DNA from: an uncultured Rhodospirillaceae bacterium | GTDB lineage: Bacteria; Pseudomonadota; Alphaproteobacteria; Rhodospirillales; UBA2165 | Assembly: GCA_964643045.1 (NCBI GenBank) | Contig: CAZXSC010000001.1 | Location: 2,296-66,295 of the forward strand | Direction: 5' to 3' | Length of the DNA stretch: 64,000 bases | Shown here: in pieces, positions 39,932 through 49,242 of the stretch | Numbering within the stretch: position 1 is the first letter of the stretch | Layout: each line of letters starts with the position of its first letter | Position numbers and translations under genes: made by a program | Notes under the pieces: generated by a model | What the model was told of the DNA's origin: nothing | What the model saw: only the letters and a program-made list of their open reading frames with translations | Databases searched by the model: none

Positions 39932-40471
39932 ATGACGAACGTGTTTAACAAGAATCCAAGTTACTTGATAAAACATCGAAGAAAATGGCAGGTTAAATTG
40001 ACTGTTCCTAAGGATGTCCGCTGGGCTTTTGGTAATAAAACAACCTTCAAACGTTCAACAGGTTGTAATATTGAAGATCCTGAAAATGCAGTAATTGAAC
40101 GCGATAAAATTGTACGTAAGTTTAAATCCATTGTTGAATTTCATAGGTTAAGTTCTTTTAATGAGAGCAAATTAACGCAGTTGTTTGGTAGTGAATTCAG
40201 TAATCGCCCCTATCCGGACGATTATAGTCAAAGCGTAGGGAGCCAAGAAGCGGCTAAACTTGAGGATCAACAAAATATTAAGCTTAATGACCGCAAATCT
40301 GGCGAAAAACGCCTTATTAAGAATACCGGATTAGAATCAACTCAAGAAACAAAAAACAAAATTACGAGCCCAAAAGTAGAGGGCTGGATCAAGGAGCGGC
40401 TACTCAATAAGTCCCAACAAACACGAATATTGCGTTACGATTTCTGGAAGGATGATAAAAATGAGAATTGA
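39932..40471 (+). pseudogene. tyrosine-integrase remnant: N-terminal arm-type DNA-binding domain (DUF6538-like) only, no catalytic core
   Basis: SYLIKHRRKWQVKLTVPKDVRWAFGNKTTFKRSTG...A matches the YL.R.g.yYfR..VP.dlr..lGk.ei..SL.T pattern of phage-integrase N-termini. The remaining ~100 aa are low-complexity, and no R..HxxR..Y catalytic region follows. Confidence 0.55.
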
Positions 40472-40683
40472 TAGTCTTAAACATTATATTCTATATAGAA
40501 TGATAGATTAACAGATTGAATTAATTGAGTTTTTAGATACCTTTATTAGAGCACAAGGCTGATAGCTGGCTATTAGCTAATCCCAAAACCAGTGAGATAT
40601 CTTAAATGCTAGAGTAATAGACAAAATACTGTTGATTTGTTGAGGCAATTTTTAGTTTTAAAAAAACATATGGAGACAAAAAT

Positions 40684-41673
40684 ATGAAAGGTAAAATCGT
40701 TTTTGAAGAACACATGGCAATTAAAGAAACTTTGGGCAATACAAAGGCATTTGCTGGCGATTCGGGCAAATGGGATGAATTTTCGCGCCAAATTCTTGAT
40801 ATGGGCAGCGAGCGCCTTGAACTTATGGATAAAAACGGAATAGAGTTTTCAATTTTATCAAATAACGCCCCCGGTGTGCAAGGTATCCTTGATGTCGATG
40901 AAGCTAAATCAGTTTCACGTAAAGCAAATGACGCGATGGCTGATGCAGTGGCAAAACACCCAAAACGTTATGGTGCTTTTGCGGCTCTCCCCATGCAGGA
41001 TCCAGATGCAGCTTCGGAAGAGTTGACCCGTTGTGTTAATGATTTGGGCTTTTATGGAGCGATGGTTAATGGCTTTACCCAGAAAGATGTGGAAGATTCT
41101 GCAATCTATTATGATATCCCGGAATATCGAAGTTTTTGGGCCACAGTTTCAAAGCTAAACGTTCCATTTTATCTTCATCCAAGGATGCAATTAGAAACGC
41201 GGGCACCGATTTATGATGGGCATCCTTGGTTGAAAAGTTCCCCTTGGGGTTTTGCCGTTGAGACATCAATCCACGCTTTGCGAATGTGCGGTTCAGGCAT
41301 GTTCGACGATTATCCTAATTTAAAAATATTTATTGGGCACTTAGGGGAGCACATTCCTTATGACTTATGGCGAATAGATGCACGGATGGCATTTTCGCGC
41401 AGAGCTTATAGAGGGAACCGCCCTCTTGGGGACTATTTTTTGGATAACTTCATGCTAACTACCAGCGGTAATTTTAGCGATCCAGCATTCCGATGTTGTT
41501 TGGAGGTGGTTGGGATCGATCGCATGTTCTTTTCGGCTGATTATCCATTTGAGACAATGGAAGATGCCTGCGATTGGTTTGACAGCACAAAAGTAATTGA
41601 TGAAGAACAGCGTCTGAAAATAGGTAGAACGAACGCGATTAATTATTTTAATCTGAGCTTTTTAGACGAGTAA
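40684..41673 (+). CDS. amidohydrolase-2 superfamily decarboxylase (gamma-resorcylate / ACMSD / LigW-like)
   Basis: 329 aa. MKGKIVFEEHMAI...RLELMDKNGIEFSILS...FAALPMQDPDAASEELTRCVNDLGFYGAMVNGF closely follows the 2,6-dihydroxybenzoate-decarboxylase family pattern. Confidence 0.75.
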   Translation: MKGKIVFEEHMAIKETLGNTKAFAGDSGKWDEFSRQILDMGSERLELMDKNGIEFSILSNNAPGVQGILDVDEAKSVSRKANDAMADAVAKHPKRYGAFAALPMQDPDAASEELTRCVNDLGFYGAMVNGFTQKDVEDSAIYYDIPEYRSFWATVSKLNVPFYLHPRMQLETRAPIYDGHPWLKSSPWGFAVETSIHALRMCGSGMFDDYPNLKIFIGHLGEHIPYDLWRIDARMAFSRRAYRGNRPLGDYFLDNFMLTTSGNFSDPAFRCCLEVVGIDRMFFSADYPFETMEDACDWFDSTKVIDEEQRLKIGRTNAINYFNLSFLDE

Positions 41674-41815
41674 ACTCTTGGGTAGCTAATAATTAAGATA
41701 ATGTTCGGAGGCACTGGTGTGTAGGATTCTTGATAAGAGAATTAATTAAGAAAACTAACATTGTTTTGCGACTGCTTTAACAGACCCCCACTAATACGTT
41801 TCTGCGGAGATAACA

Positions 41816-42718
41816 TTGCTCGAATATAAGCCAAGTTTTAAAGCAATCGACTCTCATCATCATATTTGGCGTATGTCTGATTTGGCATGGCTAAGTGGAA
41901 AGCCTCAGCCGCGTATTTTTGGCAATTATGAAAAGATCAGACGCGACTATCTAATTCAAGAATTTATTGATGAAGCAACACCTTTAGGGGTGATAGGTTC
42001 AGTTTATATACAAGTTAACTGGCCAGAGGGTAAAGAGGTTGCTGAAGCTGAGTGGGTTCAGAAAATCGCACTTGGCTGTGGATGGCCAAACGCGTTAGTC
42101 GGCTATGTTGATTTTTCTTCGAACCGCTGTGCTAAAACACTGAAAAAATTGGCTGAATTACCTTTGATGCGCGGGATAAGACAGCAACTTCACTGGCACA
42201 AAAACCCTCGGTATAAATTTGAAAATAGAGCTGATATTATGATGGAAACGCAGTGGCGCACTAATTTTGCCTTGTTGCAAGACTATGACTGGTTGTTTGA
42301 ACTCCAGGTTTTTTCTTCTCAAATGAAAAATGCTGCTTGTTTGGCGTCGGATTTTTCACGAATACCCATGGTCTTGCAACATTGCGGCATGCCGGAAGAC
42401 ACCTCCGCCGTTGGGATGGCAAATTGGCTTGAGGGCATGAGACAATTGGCTGATCAACCAAATGTTCATTGTAAATTTTCGGGTTTGGGAACGTTCATTC
42501 ATGAAAATTCAGATGATTTTATAGGCGATATCACTGGACAATGTTTGGAACTATTTGGCCCCGGCCGTTGTATTTTTGGTAGTAATTTTCCAATAGAGAA
42601 AATTTGGACGTCATACTCAGACTTAATTACAGGGTATAAGAAAGCTCTAAATAACTTATCTCAACACGAGCAGAATTTGATATTTTATTCAAACGCAAAA
42701 AAATTATACAAGATATAG
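41816..42718 (+). CDS. amidohydrolase-2 family protein (lactonase-like)
   Basis: 300 aa from a TTG start with GGAG 8 nt upstream. It has the N-terminal metal motif IDSHHHIW and a C-terminal FGSNFP, as in fuconolactonase-type amidohydrolases. Confidence 0.7.
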   Translation: MLEYKPSFKAIDSHHHIWRMSDLAWLSGKPQPRIFGNYEKIRRDYLIQEFIDEATPLGVIGSVYIQVNWPEGKEVAEAEWVQKIALGCGWPNALVGYVDFSSNRCAKTLKKLAELPLMRGIRQQLHWHKNPRYKFENRADIMMETQWRTNFALLQDYDWLFELQVFSSQMKNAACLASDFSRIPMVLQHCGMPEDTSAVGMANWLEGMRQLADQPNVHCKFSGLGTFIHENSDDFIGDITGQCLELFGPGRCIFGSNFPIEKIWTSYSDLITGYKKALNNLSQHEQNLIFYSNAKKLYKI

Positions 42719-42738
42719 ATCTACAATATTTTTGTATT

Positions 42739-44616
42739 TTACCGTGAAAGCTTAAGGCCTTCTTGAACATCAAAATCTTTCAGGGTCGAATTGATTAATT
42801 TTACAACGCCCCTCCAGCAACCAAGCTTTGATTGGCGAAATAATTTTATGCTTGGGTACCAAGGGGAGTAGTCTTCACCCAATAACCAGCGCCAATCGGG
42901 TGCAAAAGGAAGCATTACCCAGCATCGTATACCCATCGCACCTGCTAAATGAGCAACCGCTGTATCTACAGTAATAATAAGGTCTAAATGCTGTAATATA
43001 GACGCCGTGGTTGCAAAATCAATTAGATGTGGACTCAAATCGGTAATCAGTGTGGGGTGTTTCTTGCACTCCGTGCTTCCGCCCAATTGTAAACTGTAAA
43101 ACTGGGCGTTGTTGTTTTTTACAAAGTGGAGGCACAAATCTAAACTCATAGAACGATTTTGGTCATTATTATGTGTTCTGCGACCGGCCCAAACCAGCCC
43201 AATTTTGAGGTTTTTTTCTTTTGTTTGCGTATTCGCAAAGTTAAACGGGGAACGTACTTTTGCTTTTAAATAAGGTATAGATATAGGAATGGTGCGCAGG
43301 GTTGTTTTAAATCTGTGTGGAAGGCTCATAAGGGGTATATGGTAATCCCATTCTGGGAGACGTTCACCTCTATTGTATATTTTATTAATTTTGGGAATTT
43401 GTGATAGCAGTTCAATCAGAGGTTTGTGTGTTTCAAGGTATATATTTCTAGGTTTTTTGTTCGCTATGAAAGTCACATAGCGGATAAACTGGATAGTATC
43501 TCCATAACCTTGTTCCGATCGGAGCAAAATTGATTTGCCTGTTAAATCTTGATTAGCCCATAAGCTTTCGTCAGGAAAACGTTGTTTAAATTCAGGTAGT
43601 AACCACCTGGCCTCATAATCGGCGAAGCCTTCTAAGAGATCCCCGGAAAGTAGGCGAGCAATACTATGATTCCATTTGGCATCTGCATGGTTAGGGTTAA
43701 TGTTGAGCGCTTTTCTACATGCGCTTAAAGCGGCGCTAATTTCGTTTTCAGCTTGGAATGCTGCGGCTTTATTGGCCCAGAAATCAGGATTATTTGGCTC
43801 TATCTTTAGGGCAACATTATAATAATTATGAGCCTCACGTATTTTGTTCAGGCGAGTTAAGCTATTGGCAAGATTATTGTGTGCATCTGCGTATTTAGGG
43901 TTAATTTTACAAGCAATTTTGAAACTATTTCGAGCGTTGGTAAATTTACCTATATTAAAAAATAGCGTACCTAAACAATTATGCGCAGGCGCATAAGTTG
44001 GCGTTTTGTTAACAATTTGTTCAGCGGTTTTGAGAGCTAGTTTGGTTTGGTTGAGATGGCCAAGAACTGTTGCCAAGTTAATAGATGCATCTATAAGGTT
44101 TCGGTCAAGTTTAAGGGCCTTCCTAAACGCCTTTTTTGCTTTATTGAGATGCCCGAGTTCTTTTTCTATAATGCCCTGATTATTGAACGCCGGGGCCAAA
44201 TCAGGGGCTAATTTAATAGCTTTATTGTTTAACTGTTTGGCTTCAGCGAGATTGCCATTTACACGATAGGTATCTGCCAGGTTGGTTAGTCCCTCAGGAA
44301 AATTTGGGAGTATCGACAAAGCCGCCTTGAAATCATCTTTAGCTTTAGTAATTTCACCTTCTTCTTTATAAAGTATGCCGCGTGCATTAAGGGCTTCAGG
44401 AAATTGGGGTGTTAATTCAATACTTCGATCAAGATATTCTTTAGCATTTTTTGTATTGCCCCCAGTTTGACAAAGTACCCCCAAAAGATACCACACGTTA
44501 CTATTTTGTGGCTCTATTTTGATGAGCTTACGGTAAAGTGTTTCGGCTTTCTTTAATTGGCCCTTTTTATGTTCGTTTAAAGCAAGCTCCAGATCTGTTT
44601 TTGATATTTGTGACAT
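42739..44616 (-). CDS. TPR-repeat protein fused to a glycosyltransferase family 9 (heptosyltransferase-like) domain
   Basis: 625 aa. The N-terminal ~330 aa carry about 9 TPR-like repeats (AxxxYxxALxxxPxxxxA periodicity). The C-terminal part has GYGDTIQFIRYV and DTAVAHLAGAMG, which are GT9-type motifs. Confidence 0.75.
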   Translation of the reverse strand: MSQISKTDLELALNEHKKGQLKKAETLYRKLIKIEPQNSNVWYLLGVLCQTGGNTKNAKEYLDRSIELTPQFPEALNARGILYKEEGEITKAKDDFKAALSILPNFPEGLTNLADTYRVNGNLAEAKQLNNKAIKLAPDLAPAFNNQGIIEKELGHLNKAKKAFRKALKLDRNLIDASINLATVLGHLNQTKLALKTAEQIVNKTPTYAPAHNCLGTLFFNIGKFTNARNSFKIACKINPKYADAHNNLANSLTRLNKIREAHNYYNVALKIEPNNPDFWANKAAAFQAENEISAALSACRKALNINPNHADAKWNHSIARLLSGDLLEGFADYEARWLLPEFKQRFPDESLWANQDLTGKSILLRSEQGYGDTIQFIRYVTFIANKKPRNIYLETHKPLIELLSQIPKINKIYNRGERLPEWDYHIPLMSLPHRFKTTLRTIPISIPYLKAKVRSPFNFANTQTKEKNLKIGLVWAGRRTHNNDQNRSMSLDLCLHFVKNNNAQFYSLQLGGSTECKKHPTLITDLSPHLIDFATTASILQHLDLIITVDTAVAHLAGAMGIRCWVMLPFAPDWRWLLGEDYSPWYPSIKLFRQSKLGCWRGVVKLINSTLKDFDVQEGLKLSR

Positions 44617-44851
44617 AAAATTAATAATTTCAGTGAAATTCGGTTTGGTATTAAAGGCTGAGATTATAATTTACTGATTTTCCTAATATCAATAGAGAAT
44701 ATAATTATAATTTGACTGTGGTGATATTGGCTTTCTTTTTTTTGCTTATAAAATGATTGGTTGCCGATTGATGGTGTTTTTGTAATTACACGCGATTGCT
44801 ATGAAACTATAACCAGTGTAAACATTTAGTATAACTTTGGAGTGGAGGTTT

Positions 44852-45472
44852 ATGACTTTCCCAGATACCCGATTTCAGAATATTAACGATTTTAGTGATG
44901 CCTATTTTGAACAGTATATTAAAGCATCGGCGAGTATTAACCATAACAAACTCAAAAAGGCCGCTGAAATCTTGTTAAAAGCTTATGAAAACTTAAAAAC
45001 ACTTTATATTTGTGGTAATGGAGGATCGGCCGCTATTTCTAACCATTTTGCTTGTGATCACGGTAAATTACTGGCAACTGATACGGATTTGCAGCCTAAA
45101 GTTCATTCTCTTGCCACTAATATTGAGGTCATTACGGCAATTGCCAATGATATTTCGTATGATGAAATTTTTGTACATCAACTAAAATTATTAGCAAAAC
45201 CCGGTGACATAGTTATGACAGTTAGTTCCTCGGGTGATTCCGAAAATATTGTGCGTGCTGCAAAGTGGGCTCGGGAATACGGTTTAGATGTTATTTCAAT
45301 GACAGGATTCTCGGGTGGGCGAACCGCGGAGATTGCTAATGTTAATCTTCATGTCGATGGTGATAATTACGGAATTATTGAAGATGTTCACCAGTCTCTA
45401 ATGCATTTATTGGGACAGTATTTGCGTCAATCTCAAATGGATGAGAATATTATAAAAGAGCGAAGGTTCTAG
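44852..45472 (+). CDS. SIS-domain protein, phosphoheptose isomerase (GmhA)-like
   Basis: I prefer the ATG at 44852, preceded by GGAGTGGAGG, over the TTG at 44837. It has the motif CGNGGSAAISNHFACD and SSSGDSENI. Confidence 0.75.
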   Translation: MTFPDTRFQNINDFSDAYFEQYIKASASINHNKLKKAAEILLKAYENLKTLYICGNGGSAAISNHFACDHGKLLATDTDLQPKVHSLATNIEVITAIANDISYDEIFVHQLKLLAKPGDIVMTVSSSGDSENIVRAAKWAREYGLDVISMTGFSGGRTAEIANVNLHVDGDNYGIIEDVHQSLMHLLGQYLRQSQMDENIIKERRF

Positions 45473-45549
45473 TTTAAAGACAATAGAAAATTTAAAAGAA
45501 AGTTTTTATTTTGGTCTGAATAAACACATTCACTTATCTTTTATTTAAA

Positions 45550-47136
45550 CTAATGTCTAAAGTGCCGTGTTCCTGTAAAAACCATCGCAAGATTATTTTC
45601 GTTTGCTGCGGCAATAACTTCATCATCGCGGATGGAGCCCCCAGGTTGTATAATTGCCGTAATACCAGCTTTTGCTGCTGCTATTAATCCGTCGGCAAAT
45701 GGGAAAAAAGCATCAGAGGCGACTACGGAATTTACAGCCCGGCTTTTGCTTTCACCTGATGTTTTTGAGGTATCTTCGGCCTTCCATGTTGCAATACGGG
45801 AAGAGTTAACGCGACTCATCTGACCCGCACCAATGCCGACAGTCATACTATTCTTTGCATAAACAATCGCATTGGATTTAACATGTTTGCAAACGGTAAA
45901 AGCAAATATTAGGTCATTCATTTCTTGTTTCGTGGGTGTTCGCTTTGTAACAACCTCGAGCTTTTCCCCAGTTGTTTCTGCGTCGCGTTCTTGCACCAAA
46001 TATCCTCCAGCAAGACTGCGGACTGTTATATTGCGAAGGGAAGGCTCTTGCATCGCCCCTGTTTCTAAAACCCGGAGCTGTTTTTTCTGCTTGAAAATGT
46101 TTTTCGCTTTGATAGAAACCTTTGGCGCAATAATCACTTCTGCAAAGAGTTTGATAATTTCTTCGGCTGTTTCCCCGTCTATGGGTACGTTCAATGCAAC
46201 AACGCCCCCGAAGGCGCTTTCAGGATCGCAGGACAGAGCATTGAGGTAGGCTTCTTTGGGCGTTTTAGATAAGGCAACGCCACTAGGGTTGGCGTGTTTT
46301 ATAATAGCGCAAGCAGTTTGTTTAAACTCCGAAATCAATTCAAACGCAGCGTCTGTATCGTTAAAGTTATTGAAACTCAATTCTTTACCTTGCAGTTGAG
46401 TAGCAGTTGCTAAACCGGGCTGACTATCACTATTTGTGTAAAAAGCGGCTGTTTGATGAGGGTTCTCACCATAGCGAAGCTCTTGCTTGAGGGTGCCTGA
46501 AAAATTTAAGCGTTCCGGGAAAGACGTTTCAAGCATGCCTGTAAACCAATTGCTAATAGCCGCGTCATAGGATCCAGTATGACGGTACGCTTTAGCTGCA
46601 AGGGCTTTTCGGAATTCTAATGATGTTGCACCTTTATGATCCATCATTTCTGTGATCAGCCTATTATAGTCCTGAGGATCAACAATGACGCATACAGAAG
46701 CATGGTTCTTTGCTGCTGATCGGATCATAGCCGGTCCCCCAATATCAATATTTTCGATACAAGTGTTATAATCAGCATTCGATAAGAGGGTGTTTTCAAA
46801 TGGATATAAGTTAACAATGACAAGTTCGATTGGAAGAATTCCATATTCCTCCATTGTTTTTTGATCTTTGACGTGGTTGCTGCGTCCAAGCAATCCACCG
46901 TGTATCTTGGGATGAAGGGTTTTTACACGGCCATCCATAATTTCAGGAAATCCAGTATAGTTTGAAACCTCTTTTACTGGTATCCCAGCGTCGACAAGTG
47001 TTTTAGCCGATCCACCGGTTGATAATATTTCAACTTTTTGTTCTATAAGGAACTTTGCCAAATTGATTAACTCAGATTTATCAGAAACAGAAACAAGGGC
47101 GCGATTTACAATCTTAAAGTTGGGTTTGGACATCAA
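45550..47136 (-). CDS. purH: bifunctional AICAR transformylase / IMP cyclohydrolase
   Basis: 528 aa. It has [25 protein letters not shown] and the C-terminal FTG.RHFRH. Confidence 0.97.
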   Translation of the reverse strand: MMSKPNFKIVNRALVSVSDKSELINLAKFLIEQKVEILSTGGSAKTLVDAGIPVKEVSNYTGFPEIMDGRVKTLHPKIHGGLLGRSNHVKDQKTMEEYGILPIELVIVNLYPFENTLLSNADYNTCIENIDIGGPAMIRSAAKNHASVCVIVDPQDYNRLITEMMDHKGATSLEFRKALAAKAYRHTGSYDAAISNWFTGMLETSFPERLNFSGTLKQELRYGENPHQTAAFYTNSDSQPGLATATQLQGKELSFNNFNDTDAAFELISEFKQTACAIIKHANPSGVALSKTPKEAYLNALSCDPESAFGGVVALNVPIDGETAEEIIKLFAEVIIAPKVSIKAKNIFKQKKQLRVLETGAMQEPSLRNITVRSLAGGYLVQERDAETTGEKLEVVTKRTPTKQEMNDLIFAFTVCKHVKSNAIVYAKNSMTVGIGAGQMSRVNSSRIATWKAEDTSKTSGESKSRAVNSVVASDAFFPFADGLIAAAKAGITAIIQPGGSIRDDEVIAAANENNLAMVFTGTRHFRH

Positions 47137-47232
47137 GGTTCCTAGGAGCGGGTATAATGGAATTAGGTTGGGATATATCAGAAATTAAACTGCTGAGCTA
47201 GAGGAAATTTATAGGGACTAGGGGAATGTTTT

Positions 47233-49155
47233 TTACTGAGAACGGGAATATTCCGGCACTAAATCGTTAATTACACGCAAAGCCGCATCTTGATCATTTT
47301 CTATAACAGCCTTTTCCAAAATGTCTATTTGTGCATTTACAGCCGCTAGTTTATTTATTCGGGGTGATGCAAGGAAAACCCCAGAATGTGATGTTTGGAT
47401 GATCTTTTCTCCTGCATGAAAAACCTCTTCAAAAAGTTTTTCGCCAGGCCTCAGACCCGTAAAAGTGATTTTGATGTCGTCGTCTGGTATGAGCCCCGCA
47501 AGCCGGATCATTTGTTTAGCCAAATTGACAATTAGCACCGGTTCACCCATATCAAGCACATATATTTTTCCTGCTTGATCGGGAGTCGTCATGCCAAGAA
47601 TAGAAGAGGCTATTACCAGTTCGACAGCCTCACGCACCGTCATGAAATACCGTTTCATTTCAGGGTCAGTCACGGTAACAGGGCCACCTTCTGAAATTTG
47701 TTTTCTAAAGAGCTCAACAACCGAGCCAGTGGACCCTAATACATTACCAAAACGTACTGTGACAAAACGTGTTTTGTGTTGATTGACGCCTTGATTTTCC
47801 GGACCGGTCTCAAGGTCTAAAGCTTGACAGTAACACTCGGCTATTCTTTTGGAGGCCCCCATAATACTTGTCGGATTTACAGCTTTATCTGTCGATATTT
47901 GGATAAATGTTGACACTCCGGATTTTCTGGCCGCGTTTGCGACTATTATTGTACCAAGCACGTTAGTTGTTAACCCTTCAAATACATTAACTTCGACCAA
48001 GGGCACATGTTTGAGTGCCGCAGCGTGGAAAACTATGTCTGGATTAAAACCCGCAAAAATATTTTCGATACGCTGATGGTTTCGGATATCTGCGATAAAG
48101 ATTTGGCGATCTAAGTCCGGATGTCGTTCTGACAGTTCCATATCGATCGCATATAAATTAAATTCCGAGTTTTCGACGAGTGCTATACATGCGGGCGACA
48201 GGTCTGAAATTTGACGGACTAATTCACTACCTATACTTCCTCCAGCGCCTGTGATTAATACTCGCCTGGTCCTTATCAATTTTTCTATCAAAGTTTGATC
48301 GAGTTTTGTTTGAGGGCGACCTAGCAAGTCCTCAACATCGATAGGACGAATAGCTATCTCGTTGTTGGCATCGTTGTTTTTTTTGAAGTCTGTTAAAGCG
48401 GGTAATCGCGCAAGTGTCATTCCAAGATCGTTTGAAACGGCTAACAGAGAATCTATTTTTTGACCCTCTAAGCGTTCAGATGTGATAACGATTCGCTGAG
48501 GTTTGGTGCCTAATTTTGAAAGATCTTTCACGATGTTTGGAATTTCGTCAATGGTACCCAAAACTTCAACGCCATGAATGTTCCGCCCAACTCTTGCATT
48601 GGTCGCAGAAACTATCCCGACGGCTCTATAATTTGCATTGCTACGTGCCAGATCCCTGATAAACAATTCCGTATTGTCGCCGGCTCCAGCTAAAAGAATT
48701 GGAACGCGCTGAAAAGAATTGCGCTCCAATTTGAACTCTAAACGTCGATCTTTTAACAATCGATAAAAAAAACGGGGGCCACCAAGCAACGCAATGAGGA
48801 CAAACCAGTTGATAAACGGAAGTGATCTAGGTAAGTCTTCGAGGCGATTAGTCGCAAACAATGCAATCAGGAAAATCAAAACTATCAAACTCGTTGATTT
48901 TGTAATATTCAGAAGATCATTAAGTGACGCATATCGCCAAACACCCCTGTACATTTTCATAGTCCGAAAAACAGGTGCAGCTACAAGGGTAAAGATAAGA
49001 GTACCTAAAACTATTTGGTCAGCGGGATAAACATTTATGTCGGAGCCGAGCCGCAAAGATAGAGCAATTACAAAAGAAATTGATGCCATGATAACATCAT
49101 GAACAAAGGCTATATTTGCTCGATTGTATAATTTTAGCAAAACGTTCCACCACAT
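47233..49155 (-). CDS. membrane-anchored polysaccharide biosynthesis protein, CapD/WbpM/PglF-type UDP-HexNAc 4,6-dehydratase
   Basis: 640 aa. It has 4 N-terminal TM helices, two Rossmann regions (LLAGAGDN; ITGAGGSIGSEL) and the FVTVRFGNVLGS motif. Confidence 0.88.
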   Translation of the reverse strand: MWWNVLLKLYNRANIAFVHDVIMASISFVIALSLRLGSDINVYPADQIVLGTLIFTLVAAPVFRTMKMYRGVWRYASLNDLLNITKSTSLIVLIFLIALFATNRLEDLPRSLPFINWFVLIALLGGPRFFYRLLKDRRLEFKLERNSFQRVPILLAGAGDNTELFIRDLARSNANYRAVGIVSATNARVGRNIHGVEVLGTIDEIPNIVKDLSKLGTKPQRIVITSERLEGQKIDSLLAVSNDLGMTLARLPALTDFKKNNDANNEIAIRPIDVEDLLGRPQTKLDQTLIEKLIRTRRVLITGAGGSIGSELVRQISDLSPACIALVENSEFNLYAIDMELSERHPDLDRQIFIADIRNHQRIENIFAGFNPDIVFHAAALKHVPLVEVNVFEGLTTNVLGTIIVANAARKSGVSTFIQISTDKAVNPTSIMGASKRIAECYCQALDLETGPENQGVNQHKTRFVTVRFGNVLGSTGSVVELFRKQISEGGPVTVTDPEMKRYFMTVREAVELVIASSILGMTTPDQAGKIYVLDMGEPVLIVNLAKQMIRLAGLIPDDDIKITFTGLRPGEKLFEEVFHAGEKIIQTSHSGVFLASPRINKLAAVNAQIDILEKAVIENDQDAALRVINDLVPEYSRSQ

Positions 49156-49242
49156 TACTTGGTTTATGATATCACAATAACATATTCAAAATCTCAGGCC
49201 AGTGCTAAGGTTATTGGCCCGGCGGCTAATTTGTTGTTGGTT

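Larger units (their letters stand above)
37099..40471. mobile_element. degenerate tRNA-Gly-associated genomic island / integrative-element remnant
   Basis: It begins directly 3' of the tRNA and is visibly more AT-rich than the flanks. It has about 740 bp of non-coding repeat-bearing DNA, one large orphan ORF, and an integrase fragment with only the arm-binding N-terminus. I found no second att repeat by eye. Confidence 0.55.

Noticed and set aside
37099-47200. A direct repeat of the tRNA-Gly 3' end (attR) that would delimit the island.
   Set aside because: I checked the intergenic regions at 40.47-40.68, 41.67-41.82, 44.62-44.85, 45.47-45.55 and 47.14-47.23 kb by eye and found no match to …TTCGAATCTCATCGCCCGCTCCA. 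The right boundary remains undefined, so it is not reported as a feature.
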